Shown in pieces: positions 1-11,735 of a DNA stretch of 64,000 nt. Location: assembly GCA_050084515.1 (NCBI GenBank), contig CM114271.1, forward strand, positions 7,626,001-7,690,000, read 5' to 3'. The stretch is from Blasia pusilla (taxonomy: Eukaryota). Each line of letters opens with the position of its first letter. Within the stretch, counting starts at the first letter, position 1. The notes under the pieces were generated by a model, which made no database searches, was not told the origin of the DNA, and saw only the letters and a list, made by a program, of their open reading frames with translations. The position numbers and the translations under genes are program-made.

Positions 1-855
1 GCTCTTCTCGTTCTCGCATCTCTACCAACAAACCTTCTGCCGTCGCTTGTCGTGTTCGTGCCAATGTAGTACCCTTCGAAAGGGCTAGATCAAGAGGCCC
101 TTCGGCTCGTCGTCCATTTGCCGGAAACGGAGATTCTCCAATTGCGAATGCTTGGTCGAGTTTAAGATTCCGCCATGCTTAGCCACACGACCCAATCGCG
201 TTGATCAAAGACCGACATAATTCCTCAAATCTTGATTCACGATAGAGTTTACCTTTTCGTCTATCCATCCGTGCGTGGGTGGAAAGCCGTCATGAAACTC
301 AGTTTGGTCTTAAACCTTGTGAACAAGTGCTTCGAAAGCTAACACTGGTAAACTTTGGATCGATCTGAAACAATGCTCCTCGGCAAACCATGAGCACGCC
401 ACAGCTATCGAGGAATAGTTGCGCCGCCGATACGCCGTTCGCGGAATCCACCGTCGGCACGAATCTCGCCAACTTGCTAAACCGATCAACAATCACAAGT
501 ATAGCGTTGTATCCCCCAGATTCCGGGAGACTCGTGATGAAATCCATACTCAAACTTTGCAAGGGTCCTTCGGGGATTGGCAAGGGATGCAGCAAGCCCT
601 GTTTCTTATCATAAGAGACTCTATTCGCTTGGCAGGTCACGCAGGTCTTCACATATTGAGCAACATCCTCCTTCATGTTGGGCCAAAAGAACCGCTGAAG
701 ACGAGAGCAGCTAGCGTAGATTTCTCTCCTTTATGTCTTGCCAAGGGCCCGTCGTGACATTCCGCTAACATCTTGGTTCGCGATTCGCCTTGCCCTACAT
801 AGATCCTACTCTGTTTGAACCTTAGTAAACCGTGCCTCAAACTTATGTTGGTCAC
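1..855 (-). pseudogene. Gypsy A integrase (HHCC zinc finger and core), frameshifted
   Basis: ECHDGPLARH...VKTCVTCQ zinc finger; GLLHPLPIP; SMDFITSLP; VIVDRFSK. Confidence 0.9.
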
Positions 856-939
856 CTTCTCACCACCGCTTCAACTTCCTCAGGTATTCCCCTGCTTGAG
901 CATCCTTCATATATCCTTCACGAATCCTTCTCTCCAGAT

Positions 940-2216
940 CTGTTTCCTTAGGGAACATTGCTCTCAAGACTGTGTCGTCGATGGCATGTGTTCCTCCTTG
1001 CGACTTAACGATCCTGGAATCACATTATCTTTACTTGGCTTGTGGATCAACTCTACATCCATCAACGCCAAGGTATCATGCCACCGCAGTTGTTTCGGTG
1101 TCAATCGATCCTGGGTCTCAAAATACTTGAGTGATATATTATCGGTGAATACTCGAGTCCTGTGGAGCCCTAGATAATGCCGCCACTTCCTCAAGCAATG
1201 TACCACCGCGAACAACTCTTTCTCGTGAGTAGTCCATCTCCTTCGGTGTCGCTAAGCTTCTTGCTCTCATATGCCACCGGTCTCCCTTCTTGCACCAACA
1301 TTCCGCAATCGCGAAATCACTAGCATCGGTATGCCGAATGGTTTGTCAAACTCGACTTTAACACTTTGGTTCGTGCGATAGAATCGCTTCACTCGGTTGA
1401 ATGCCTCATTAACTTCCTGGGTCCAAGTCGTGTTGGCAAACTTTGCTGTCCAATCCGTGAGAGGTCTCACAATTCCCGAAAAGTTTTTCACATAAGTACG
1501 ATAAAATTACACCGCACCTATGAACCTCCTCATCCCCTTTACAGTGGATGGGGGTTCCCACTCGGAAATCGCCTTTACCTTTTCCATGTCTGGACTGACG
1601 CCATCTGCATTGACCACGTGACCCAAGAATTTGATCTTACTCAAACCAAATTCGCTCTTCTCTACATTCGCATACAGCTGACTTGCCCTTAGCTTAGACA
1701 AGACCGCTCTCACATGTCGAACGTGCTCCTCTAGTGACTTCGAATAGATAAGTATGTCATCGATATAGATGATAACATACTCATCCATTTCCTTTTGAAA
1801 AATGGAGTTCATCAATGTGGTGAACGTTGGAGGCGCGTTACATAGACCGAAAGGCATCACTACAAACTCAAAGGAAACGTATCTCGTCCTGCACGCAGTC
1901 TTCTCCACATCTGCCTCGGCAATCCGAATCTGGTAATATCCTGACTTCAAGTCAATCCTACAGAAATATCTCGCGCCTGCCAACCTATCAAAGAGATCAT
2001 CTATCCTCGGAAGAGGATAATTGTTCCGAACCGTCATCTTGTTCAGTGCACGGTGCTTTTGAAGGCGGTTGGGAACCGGGTATGATCTCTATCTTATGAT
2101 CTACGGCTCTATGCGGCGGCAATTCAGTCGGAAGCTCATTTGTCAAGACATTCTCAAACTCCTTGACCACTTCCTGGAGTGGTTCTGGGACTCCCCTTGA
2201 AGCAGTGTCCTGATCT
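940..2216 (-). pseudogene. Gypsy A reverse transcriptase and RNase H, frameshifted, with an internal deletion near 2050
   Basis: YPLPRIDDLFD, IDLKSGYYQIRI, MPFGLCNAP, YIDDILIYS; RNase H FAVVHCLRKWRHYL, FTDNISLKY. KAP is joined directly to ALNKMT, so the usual PVLFV...CVDYR block is absent. Confidence 0.92.
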
Positions 2217-2217
2217 C
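2208..2217 (+). repeat. Target-site duplication of MULE copy 1 (partner 14127-14136)
   Basis: Identical TCCTGATCTC at both junctions. Confidence 0.9.
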
Positions 2218-2634
2218 GAGATGCGGTAAGAGGAGAGGAAGAGAGGAGAGAGGAGAGAGGAAGAGAGGAGAGAGGAGAGAGGAAACTACCTTCAACCGAA
2301 ATAGATACTTTTTTTTGAAGAGAGTTTCCGTTACGTTGAAGAGAGGAAACTTTTTGTGTGATTTTTTTTGCAATTTATTGTTCATTTATTAAACAATCCC
2401 ACAGTTTTTTTTCCTCTTCCATATTTTGGCAACCCCTGTGAGTCGGACGAGTTGCAAATTGCACAAAATTTACAAAACTGAAAAATCAGTGGAATCATAA
2501 GTGTGGAACCAATCACTTTTTCCATCCAAGGTCTGGAAAAAATCTATCATTTGCCCAGGGCTGAATAGAGTTCAAGCTCACAGTGAAGGTTGAGAAAAAA
2601 ATAAAAGTACAATCTAAAACCTCATTTTGCATCC

Positions 2635-5600
2635 TCAAAGTGGTTTGTTTAAAATACTTCAAACTTCTTTGAGGGACAAAATTGGTTGGTGGATTCCTAC
2701 TCCTACCTCCGACTCTCTTAAAACTACTAGCAACACATAGTACATGTGCTTACAAGGAAAATACCTTTTGCCACTTGTCTCTCTTTGGACAAAGTCATCA
2801 CATGAACATGTGGGAAAGCAACAGATGTGCACCACATACACCCCTGTGACACTTGAATTTACAGTGTTGTTCCTGACCCAATACATCCTTCCTATTCCAT
2901 TTCCACTCAGGACATCTTTCGTGGCGATGATCTCCATTTTTGCCTCCCGAGCTGCTGCAATTCGTTTTGCTCTCTCCACCGTTGGCCTACACATTTTGTT
3001 TCTCTTCACCCCATTTCTAGACTCAAACAGAAATAATGGATTGAGATCATCCATCTTATCCGGGTACATATTGACATCAATCTTGGGTTGAATACGAAAT
3101 GCGAAGGTCTGTAATCTGAACATGCTCGAACTTCCCCCATCTATGAGTGCAAACCGGCACTTGTAAGATTGTCCACCGTCTTGAGTGCGATTCGTACTGT
3201 GGCGATGGGCCAAATCGTGGGGGTATTCCCGGGAGCTCCAATGGTAGCCGGATAAGACTTCCGGAAAGCGCAAGATTCATTTGGGCAGAAGAAGTACTTC
3301 AATTGATCCCCGGTCCTCGTGAAACGATCAAAGGTTTGGAGTCCCCAAAACCCAGGGTCGTCGTCTAGTCCTTATGCGATTCTTATTTAGGAAAGTGCCG
3401 CATGCTCTCCTAATGCCATCAGATCCTGCCTTGCAAGTGAGTCCACGTCCTGGGTTGCTTCGAGATATATGCCACCGTTTTAGGTTGCAATCCACTTTCA
3501 TTACCGGAATCCCATATTGTTGAACCACCCCAGTGACAGGATGTTGCGAACTTCCAGCAACGGAGGGCTTTTGAAATAAAACATTCACTGATTTTGGAGA
3601 AGTAACTCCATCACGGATTTGGGGACGGGTCCGGTCCCCGAATACCAGGCGGTGTAATTTCCTCATCCAAATCAATCACCGGATTTGTTCCTCGATCTTT
3701 GCCTCTTCACTGCTGAAGTCAAGATACTTATCTGGTCTCCACGAGTCTCGTTCGGACTGCTCCACCACCATCTGTATGGGACGTCTTGAAACCCGCCCAC
3801 AAATATCCCCACCTATGTGTACGTCTTGCTCGAGTGGAGTTCTAGCTACGCACCGGTTGAAGGCTTCGACATACAATTTTTCATCACCAGATCTCACACC
3901 GCCTACGACATAGAGCTCGTAGATCGCGGCCCTTTTCCTTTTGTTATGCCTTTTGTGAGGAAGATATGGGATCTTTTTGCAAAGCGTAGCATTGCTCTTG
4001 CCTGGTCTTGTTGGCATGCCTCCACAAGTGAAATTCGTTGGCATGCTTGTGACGACCTCAAGAGGAATGAACACTTTCGCTCCACTTATGTTGGGGCGAG
4101 GGCATTTTCATGAACGTTCAATCCACGCAACGACGGCAATGTTAGAAGGAGCGAAAATAACCAGGAGTCAAAGAAATAAGCGGCGTGTCGGAACCAAAGC
4201 GGGTTGCAGGCCGAGGCATCCCATGAGCGACTCGTGACCCGTCGGGTCCCGGCGTGTTGTAACCTTAAACCCACCTCGCAACCCGTCGGAACCCGGCGGG
4301 TTGCAAGGCCGAGGCATCCATGAGCGACTCGTGACCCGTCGGGTCCGGCGGGTTGCACACTCGGGGCGACACCAAACATCTGGATGCAACCCGTCGGTTT
4401 CCGTCGGGTTGCACCCCTTTGGGCAACCGTCGGTTTCCGTCGGGTTGCACACTCGAGCAACCCGTCGGTTTCGTCGAGTTGCACACTCGGGCAACCCGTC
4501 GGGTTGCACACTCGCAACCCGTCGCATCCGACTGACTTGCTTGGTTTCTTGGGTTTGAAATCCATATAATTCCCACGCTTCTCACCCCTGAGCTACAACT
4601 TTACAAACAATTCTCAGCGTGAGCTTGACAAGACAAAATATGAACTCACTGCCTGAAGTTTCCCCATTGTCTCATACATACAGTCCACCAACTCAACCAA
4701 GAGCACAACTCTTTGTACTTCCCCTCAATCGCATGCTTCCTCCACCACCCATAAAGTTCTTCTGGCGGGTCCATGGCCTGCTTCAAGGTTTCTTTGTCCT
4801 TGCGGCATTGGAGTAGAGTGACATGCTCTCTCCTCTTATTCTCCTTGATGCAAGATTTGGTGTACCGGGTCACTGATCTGTTGCCAATGGAAAGCATCCG
4901 ACCTTTCCCTCTCGGTTGAACCTCTCCACCCAGAACACTTCCCGGATAGCAATCCACCCAGGTTGTACATTGTCCGCCATGAACCCATAAATTTCGGAGG
5001 TGGCCTTTTGTTTTCCTTCGGCTCAATAAGAGTAACCAAAGACACATCTTCAAAGCGCCAACGTCTTACGCCTTTACTTCACACACAAATATAGTTTTGA
5101 GTCCCTTCTCCACATGGTCATAAACGTGAGCACCCATCGTCAACCATCCGTTCAGCACTCTGTAGCAAATATCAAAGCCGACCAGCTCGTAAAGATCTTC
5201 CCCTTCCCTCATTCGATCTATAAGATCGAGGCCACTCGAGGACTGTGGTTGACATTTTGAAGACATAGGCCTGGATCCCTCGCCTCCTTGGCCCATGAAC
5301 GCCATCTCTCGAATGAATGGAAATCTGGAGTTGGCCTTGATTCAGCGATGGCATCCATTTCGGCCGTCTTTCCATCCAGAACTCGTATCTCACGCAGCAA
5401 ATTCCGGAAGCATTCAGGATCAGCGAGAAATGCGAGATTTTCCCAGAGTTGCTTCTCCTCAACCGTTGTGATCTCGCCCTGTCCAGGGATTCCAAGAAAT
5501 TGTTCACAAATTTGTGATGCCGTTGTGAGCTTGATCCCGGGCTTTGAACCGGAGAGTTTCAAGACCTCGGCTACTTTCTTCGCCACATCCTCCTTGATGT

Positions 5601-6468
5601 GTCTTTGAATTGCATCGGTCACAGGATGAGTGTGGGAGCCAACATGAACTGCCAGCCTTGTATACTACGACGTGGAGCCCAAGTCATGGACAATGAAAAA
5701 TATGTATGCAGGACACGCTCCAACGCAGAAGGGCGATGCCTGACAATGAGGACATCGATGGTCTCCCGGCGGTATTGTGGCACCCACCTCGTATGGAGTT
5801 TCTGCATTCTTGGGGGGGAATTGCGACGTATTGACTCGCCCGTTGCGCTCTAGATACGGGCATGCTGGACTTCTACACTCCAAGGCTCCCACGCATTGGC
5901 GGCGGAAGACAATCCAAGGACCATCTGGGATGGAAGCACTGGTCCGTTGAAGCCTGCACCATCGATGACAATCAGACTTTCTGTCCATACCCTTCAGGCG
6001 TCCTCCATCCTTCTTTTGAGCAGGAGCAGCAAGTGGAGGCAACTCAAAAATGCAATTACCATCGTACGTGGGCAGCAACTTGTCGACAAGAATGTGCTTC
6101 AACATTTTCAAGGGCAGAGACAAAAGCAAACTATTGCCTGATACTCGCAAGAGGAACGAGTAGGCGGACACAGGGCCCGATTGGTGTCAAGCCGGATCCA
6201 TCGAGGTTGATAACATCCGAATCTCTTCAGGAAGAACAACAATGTTACAAGTGTGCGAAGTTGGAGTCGGCCGGATCTGCAGAGCTTGGAGTTGCAAGCG
6301 AGAGCTCGGAGCACTAGGAAATTCTAGACTGTCTACTTGAGAAAGAGGCAATTGAGGGGCATGCCGTAAACTCTGTATTGACCATTTGCTCTGGTAGGAG
6401 ATTCCATACTTTCTGATCGAGGTCACTTGCTGGACCGTCTCACCTATTATGTCTTCCGTACCTTCCAC
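2635..6468 (-). pseudogene. MULE transposase copy 1 (GCM/WRKY-like zinc domain, DDE core, SWIM), frameshifted, one intron at about 4130-4650
   Basis: RQCVGALECRSPAC...CPH...HTHP; FDICYRV (D1); FMADN (D2); DAFHWQQ (C/D-x2-H); AESVH-like (E); C-terminal CSCDDF...PCKH SWIM. Start codon uncertain. Confidence 0.8.
4200..4530. repeat. Cluster of GCAACCCGTCGG-N3-CCGACGGGTTGC-type palindromes in the transposase intron
   Basis: Repeated gcaacccgtcggtttccgtcgggttgca and variants. Confidence 0.9.
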
Positions 6469-6674
6469 CCTAACATCTTTGGATACAAAGATGGTTCCAA
6501 TTTGAAGAAGAAATCGAGCAGCAGAAAATTTTCATCCTTTGCTCGAAAGACTCACGAGCTTGGGGTCGAATGATTTTGATTGAGGAAGGGCCGCGGATGC
6601 GCCACAAGTGAGCTTAACATAATTATCCATTCCAAGAAGATTCCTCAGGAGGAGGCGAGAATGAGAATATTTAA

Positions 6675-6680
6675 TTTATA
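6675..6680 (-). promoter_or_regulatory. Candidate TATA box of the transposase gene
   Basis: TATAAA about 200 nt upstream of the ORF, conserved in copy 2 (~50445). Confidence 0.4.
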
Positions 6681-6829
6681 GTGAATAGGAAACAGATACT
6701 CCTCGATGATTTTTCTTGACAAGATGAATTCGGTGGGGACATTGTGCGACACAATGGATCCATCAGTAACACATTCAATTTCATGTTGCAATATGTTACC
6801 GCATTTGGGAAGCGAGAGGGTTGCGCATC

Positions 6830-7560
6830 ACACTTGGAACCCGTCGGAGTCCTGGTAACTCGAAATTACCCGAAGCTTACGAAGCACGCAACCGTCGGCA
6901 TCGGACGGGTTGCACGCTCGCTAAACATTGTCGGCGAGCAACCCGTCGCTCTCCGACTTCTTGCCGATACCGCTCCTTCTTGCTCGAAGATGCCGGAGGC
7001 GTGCAAACCGTCTGTTCCCGACGAGTTCCGCGGGTGCCTCGCCTTTTAGCCCAAAGACGGCGAGGCGTGCAACCCGTCGCCGTCCAACGGGTTGCGCAAG
7101 GGCCTCGCCTTGTGGTGCACCAGCCGGACTCCGGCGACTTGCACGGGAAGCCATCGTTCCTAACCCTTGATGAGGGAAGCGTGCAACTCCAACAGTCTCC
7201 GACGGATTGCCCAAAATACGTCCCGTTCCCGTCCCAAACACGGCGGAGGCGCGCAACATGTCGGTCTCGGACGGCTTGCGCGGGTACCTCGCGTTGTTTT
7301 CCGAAGATGATGGAGGCGCTCAACCCGTCGGTCTCCGACCGATTGCTTTCGCGCGCGTGGCGGCGTTCGCGGAGGATGGCGAGGCGCGCAACATGTCGAT
7401 CTCAACGGGTTGCGCGGGTACCTTGCGTTCTTTTCCGAAGCGACGGGGCGCTCAACCCGTCGGTCTCCGGCGGGTTGCTCGCGCGCGTGGCGGCGTACCA
7501 GGATGGCGAGCAGCGCGCAACTGTCGGACTCCGGCGGGTTGCGATTTTTCGCGTCGGACT
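6830..7560. repeat. Palindrome cluster in the divergent promoter region of MULE copy 1
   Basis: Ten or more variants of caacccgtcgg...cgggttgc, dispersed and in degenerate tandem units. Confidence 0.85.
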
Positions 7561-7630
7561 TCCGTAACATCCGCACGTCGCCGTCGAAAGGACGAGCGGG
7601 ACCCAACGGTCAGCCCAACGGCTAGAAAAG

Positions 7631-7638
7631 TATAAATA
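7631..7638 (+). promoter_or_regulatory. Candidate TATA box of the cargo gene
   Basis: TATAAATA about 280 nt upstream of ATG 7913, just after the palindrome cluster. Confidence 0.5.
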
Positions 7639-9064
7639 GGGCAGAAATCGCTCATTTCCGGTTTCTCATTTCGCAATCTTCATTCCTCACTCCTCACTCT
7701 CCCGCGCAGCAACTGATCAAATAAGAAGGGGCATTTCACGGGGCGAAACATCGCGAGTCGATAGGAGGGAACGAGAGCGAGACGGTGCGACCAAGCGATA
7801 TCGGGACAATTCGAGCTAACCATCAAGGCGAGACGAGCTCCCATCTCGACATCAGCAAGGCGACTGATCAAGGGATTCGTCGTGGACATAGGTGGAGGAA
7901 TTTCCGGAAAAAATGACGAGGAAAAAAACACAAGCCAACAAGTCTGGGAGCTTCACTCCCAAGTCCATTAGGACTCCTGCGTTAGCTTCTCCTGGGCCTC
8001 GTTCGGCGAATGAAATTAGGCAGCAGGAAATCGAGGAGCGGGAAAGGGAAGCGGAGATGCACAACCAAGTGCTTCTGGCGAGACGTGTTCAAGCGGTGCT
8101 AGATAAACGAACGAAGAGGCCAAGACGTCGCAGGCCTTGAAGAAAAGGATCGCAGGCAAAAAAGAGAGAAAAGAAGCGTGACGGGCGTCGGTGAGGAGGG
8201 GAATTGGCTAAAGCGGCGGGAAAAAGCGATAGCCATTGGCGATAGCCCAACCCGTCCAACCGCAAGTGTTGAGATGCGGAAATGTCCCCACGAAGTCCGG
8301 GACACAATCAACATAGTGGAAACAACACCAGTTCAAATCGATGACGCGAGGTCATGAGGACCGCCCAAAGATGGAGATGGTGGACATGGCGAAGAAGCCG
8401 AGAGCGGTCATTCTCGACTCCAAGCCCGGCGGAGGACATCAACCTCTATCGGATCGACAAGTTCCCAATCGATTTGGCAGCCCCTGTCTCAGACAAGTTA
8501 GCTGGTCAAGAAACCGACTCCATTTTCGAACGGGTAAGAGAGGTTCGGGCTTTTTAATTATGTGAATTGCAATTCATTGGGATTTCGGTGTAGCTTATTC
8601 CTCTTGTCCGGTTCGACGGTGGTAAAGCGAGATGGCACTCATGGAGGGCCACAACGCCCCGAGGATTCCACTCTGCCGATTAAGGACAATGGAATACGTC
8701 CACGAAATACAGTCCGACGAGGACATCGCAAAGCTAAAACAATCAGCGGTGACAGCATCCTACGTGGACAGCTTTCCTCCCTTCTATGTTCAGCCTTACG
8801 ACGAGCATGGAACCCAAGCTCTGGTTACCGAGGAGGACTTGGAAAATCTCGACACATTCTGGAGGATGCGAGACCAGGACTTCAGAAGGCAAGTTGAGGG
8901 CACGGAATTCAGCTGGATGAGGAATCTGCATTTCTTCATCTGGGATGGAAATCACAGGTTCATGGCGTGGACCAAGTTTGCGGAGGAACCTCACGAGTTG
9001 CATTCTTAAAAATACGCCCCAATGAGTTGCATTCTTAAAAAAACAACCTCACAAGGCGGCCTAT

Positions 9065-9430
9065 TGAGCAACCCGTCGAACTCCGACGGTTTGCTTTGGG
9101 CCAAAAACTAGTTAAATCTATGTTCAATCAAACAAGTCGTCGGAGTCCGACGAGTTGCAATCTTAAAAAAACATCCGAAAAAGCGTGCAGTCCAGCAACC
9201 CGTCGGAGTCCGACGAGTTGCAATCTTAAAAAAACATCCGAAAAAGCGTGCAGTCTAGCAACCCGTCGGAGTCCGACGAGTTGCTTACCTGGCATTAGCA
9301 AGTCTGAATGCAAACCGTCGGACTCCGATGGGTTGCATCATTTAGCTTGTTGCTAGAATCCGACCCTGAGCTATGACGACCCGTCGGACTCCGACGGGTT
9401 GCAGGAACCCATGTAATTTCCTGACGGGTT
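9065..9430. repeat. Intronic palindrome array including 63-bp tandem units
   Basis: cgtcggagtccgacgagttgc recurs at 9138, 9201 and 9264. Confidence 0.9.
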
Positions 9431-11369
9431 GAGTTTGGATGTGCAGGATTGTATCGGAGGGGAATGTCACCCACCATTGGATCCAGGACTGCGATCGGGT
9501 GAGGAAGGTGCTTACAACGCACCCGGGAGAGTACAAGGGGTTCTTGGGCGATGCCCTCATCAATCAGATGCTTGCAAAGGGTGCTCAGATTAAGAAGAAA
9601 ACTTGGGCAAACAAGTTTATTTCTCAAGATGGGGCCGTAACCATCCTTTGCTGGTCGAAGATACAAGCCACGAAGAAAAGCGCTGCACTGGAGCTGGAGC
9701 GGAGGGAGAAGGTATCTGCGTCTGAGCACGCCAAATTCATCCAAGCTGCTGTATCTGTTGCAACGAAATACACGGTGAGCAAGATGCAGCGATACATCAG
9801 CATTCTCAACCCCGAACTTGGTCTGGAGTTCTACAAGGAGCTCAAGGCGATTATCAAGCGTCAGCGGAAGAGGGATGAAGATCCGCATGGTCGGATTGGG
9901 GAGAAAGTTTCGCTGGATCGCGTGCATTGTTTTGCGTTATCCGGGATTAGTGAGTTCAGGAGGATACGACTGATGAAAATCAGTCTCGAGGGCTCAGAGG
10001 CCGGAAGAGGGCAAAGACACCATCCTCCGGTGTGTCCGATCCGTGATCTCGCATTGGCTCGTGAATGGTCGTTCGGGACGCGTTGTGGGTAATCGGGAAG
10101 TCCGTCTTTGGGCCGATGCAAGCGGAGCTCAGAAGATTAGAGCCCATTCCGCCGGAAGCAAACCTTGAAAGTTCTGGAGATTACAAGGTTTGGCTCGACG
10201 ACATCCGAGACAAGCCAACCAAGAACCCTGGATTCAAGACCATGTTCAAGGTTTGCGTCCTCCCTCAGGCAGAGCTTGACGAAGAAGTAGAGGGTAACAA
10301 ACGGGATCAAGCGAAGAAGAAGCGAGATCTACAGGAGCAGACGGCCGATAATGTTCGACTAAAAGCTGCCCAACGGATGGTATTCATGTACCTCGTCTAG
10401 TGTAAGAATGCAGGTACGTGGGGAAAATTACCGGTAGCCTTGAAATTGTGGGCTTTGCCGCCGGATGCAGAGACATTCTCCATGTACGACGTGGAGATGG
10501 GTCAGCATATGTCGGATTGGGAGGTGGAGAATTGCCCCATTTGGCTCGACTTCAACGATTCTGAAGACATCACGGATAAGGACTTACGAGTGCTTCATGA
10601 TGCAGTGGCCTCAGGACAACCCGACATCCCCAATTTCGTCCAGCCTGAAGACTTCTTCGGAGGAGATGAAGAAGAGCAGGCCCACGAGACAGCTGAGTTG
10701 GCTTCCAAGGTCCGGACAACCAAAGACAAATCCACAGCGGGTCTCAAAGGCAAGGCGAGGGGAGGGAAAAATTCAGAGGCCGAGACTTCCCAAAGAGAGC
10801 TGAAGATGAGAGGCCGAGGCGAAATCGTCCGACGAGCAGGGAGAGAGCGTCCTCCTTCAGTTCACCTCTTTACAGGATGACCTGAACAGCTTCAGTTCTC
10901 AAGCGTCGACAACTGTCATCGAAAAATTGACAACGTTGGGACGGAAGCTCCAACAAAACGGGCACGCTGCCTGGACGGTGAATGGAGTGGTGGAAGAGGT
11001 TGCGGTGGATCTCTTGATCGCCGATCTGCCCTCGGGGTTGCGACTTTGGGGCAAAAATCCGCGGACGAGGTACTGAGTGGAATCGCCGCTCACTTATGAC
11101 CGATTGCACTTTTGTTCTCCTTTGAAGACGCCTATCCCGAGTGGCGGGGCTGCTTCTTGGTGTTTTGGAGGGAGCGAGGAGGAGCTCTTCAACCTCGGTC
11201 GTCAAGAGGTCGCTAAAGTGGAGGACGGCACAATCGTGGATCATCAAAAACGAGTACCCACTCCGATCCGCGACGAGTCAAATTCGGGTAAAGCTCAATT
11301 CCTGTACAATAATTTCAATTATCTTATAATGATGTGTAGAATGAGAGTCAATCTGGGTTTTTTTTGTCC

Positions 11370-11735
11370 GTGAGCAACCCGTCAGAAGGCGACGGGTTGC
11401 TTGCTTAGAGCAGCCCATGCTAGGCTGAGAGCAACCCGTCGGTTTCCGACGGGTTGCATCTTTCCCACATACACAGGGAAAACCGCGGTGTACGTGCAAC
11501 CCGTCGGAACTCGATGGGTTGCAGTTGATTTTGGTTTTTGGATGCAACCCGTCTAATAGCGACGGGTTGCTCTCAAGCAAGCATGGGCTGGTCTAGGCCA
11601 GCAACCCGTCGCCTTCCGACGAGTTGCATCCGAAAACCAAAATCAACTTGGAAAACCCAAAAGCAATTGCAACCCGTCGGGTTCCGACGGGTTGGTCAGG
11701 GACAAAACAACCCATCGGACTCCGACAGGTTGATC
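11370..11735. repeat. Intronic palindrome cluster inside the methyltransferase-like region
   Basis: About 7 copies, e.g. gcaacccgtcggtttccgacgggttgca at 11431. Confidence 0.9.

Noticed and set aside
6744-7676. Many overlapping Arg/Pro-rich ORFs (ATRR/QPVG/CNPS motifs), also 4086-4585 and 48881-50300
   Set aside because: Artefacts of translating GC-rich palindromes in six frames; not conserved as frames between copies.
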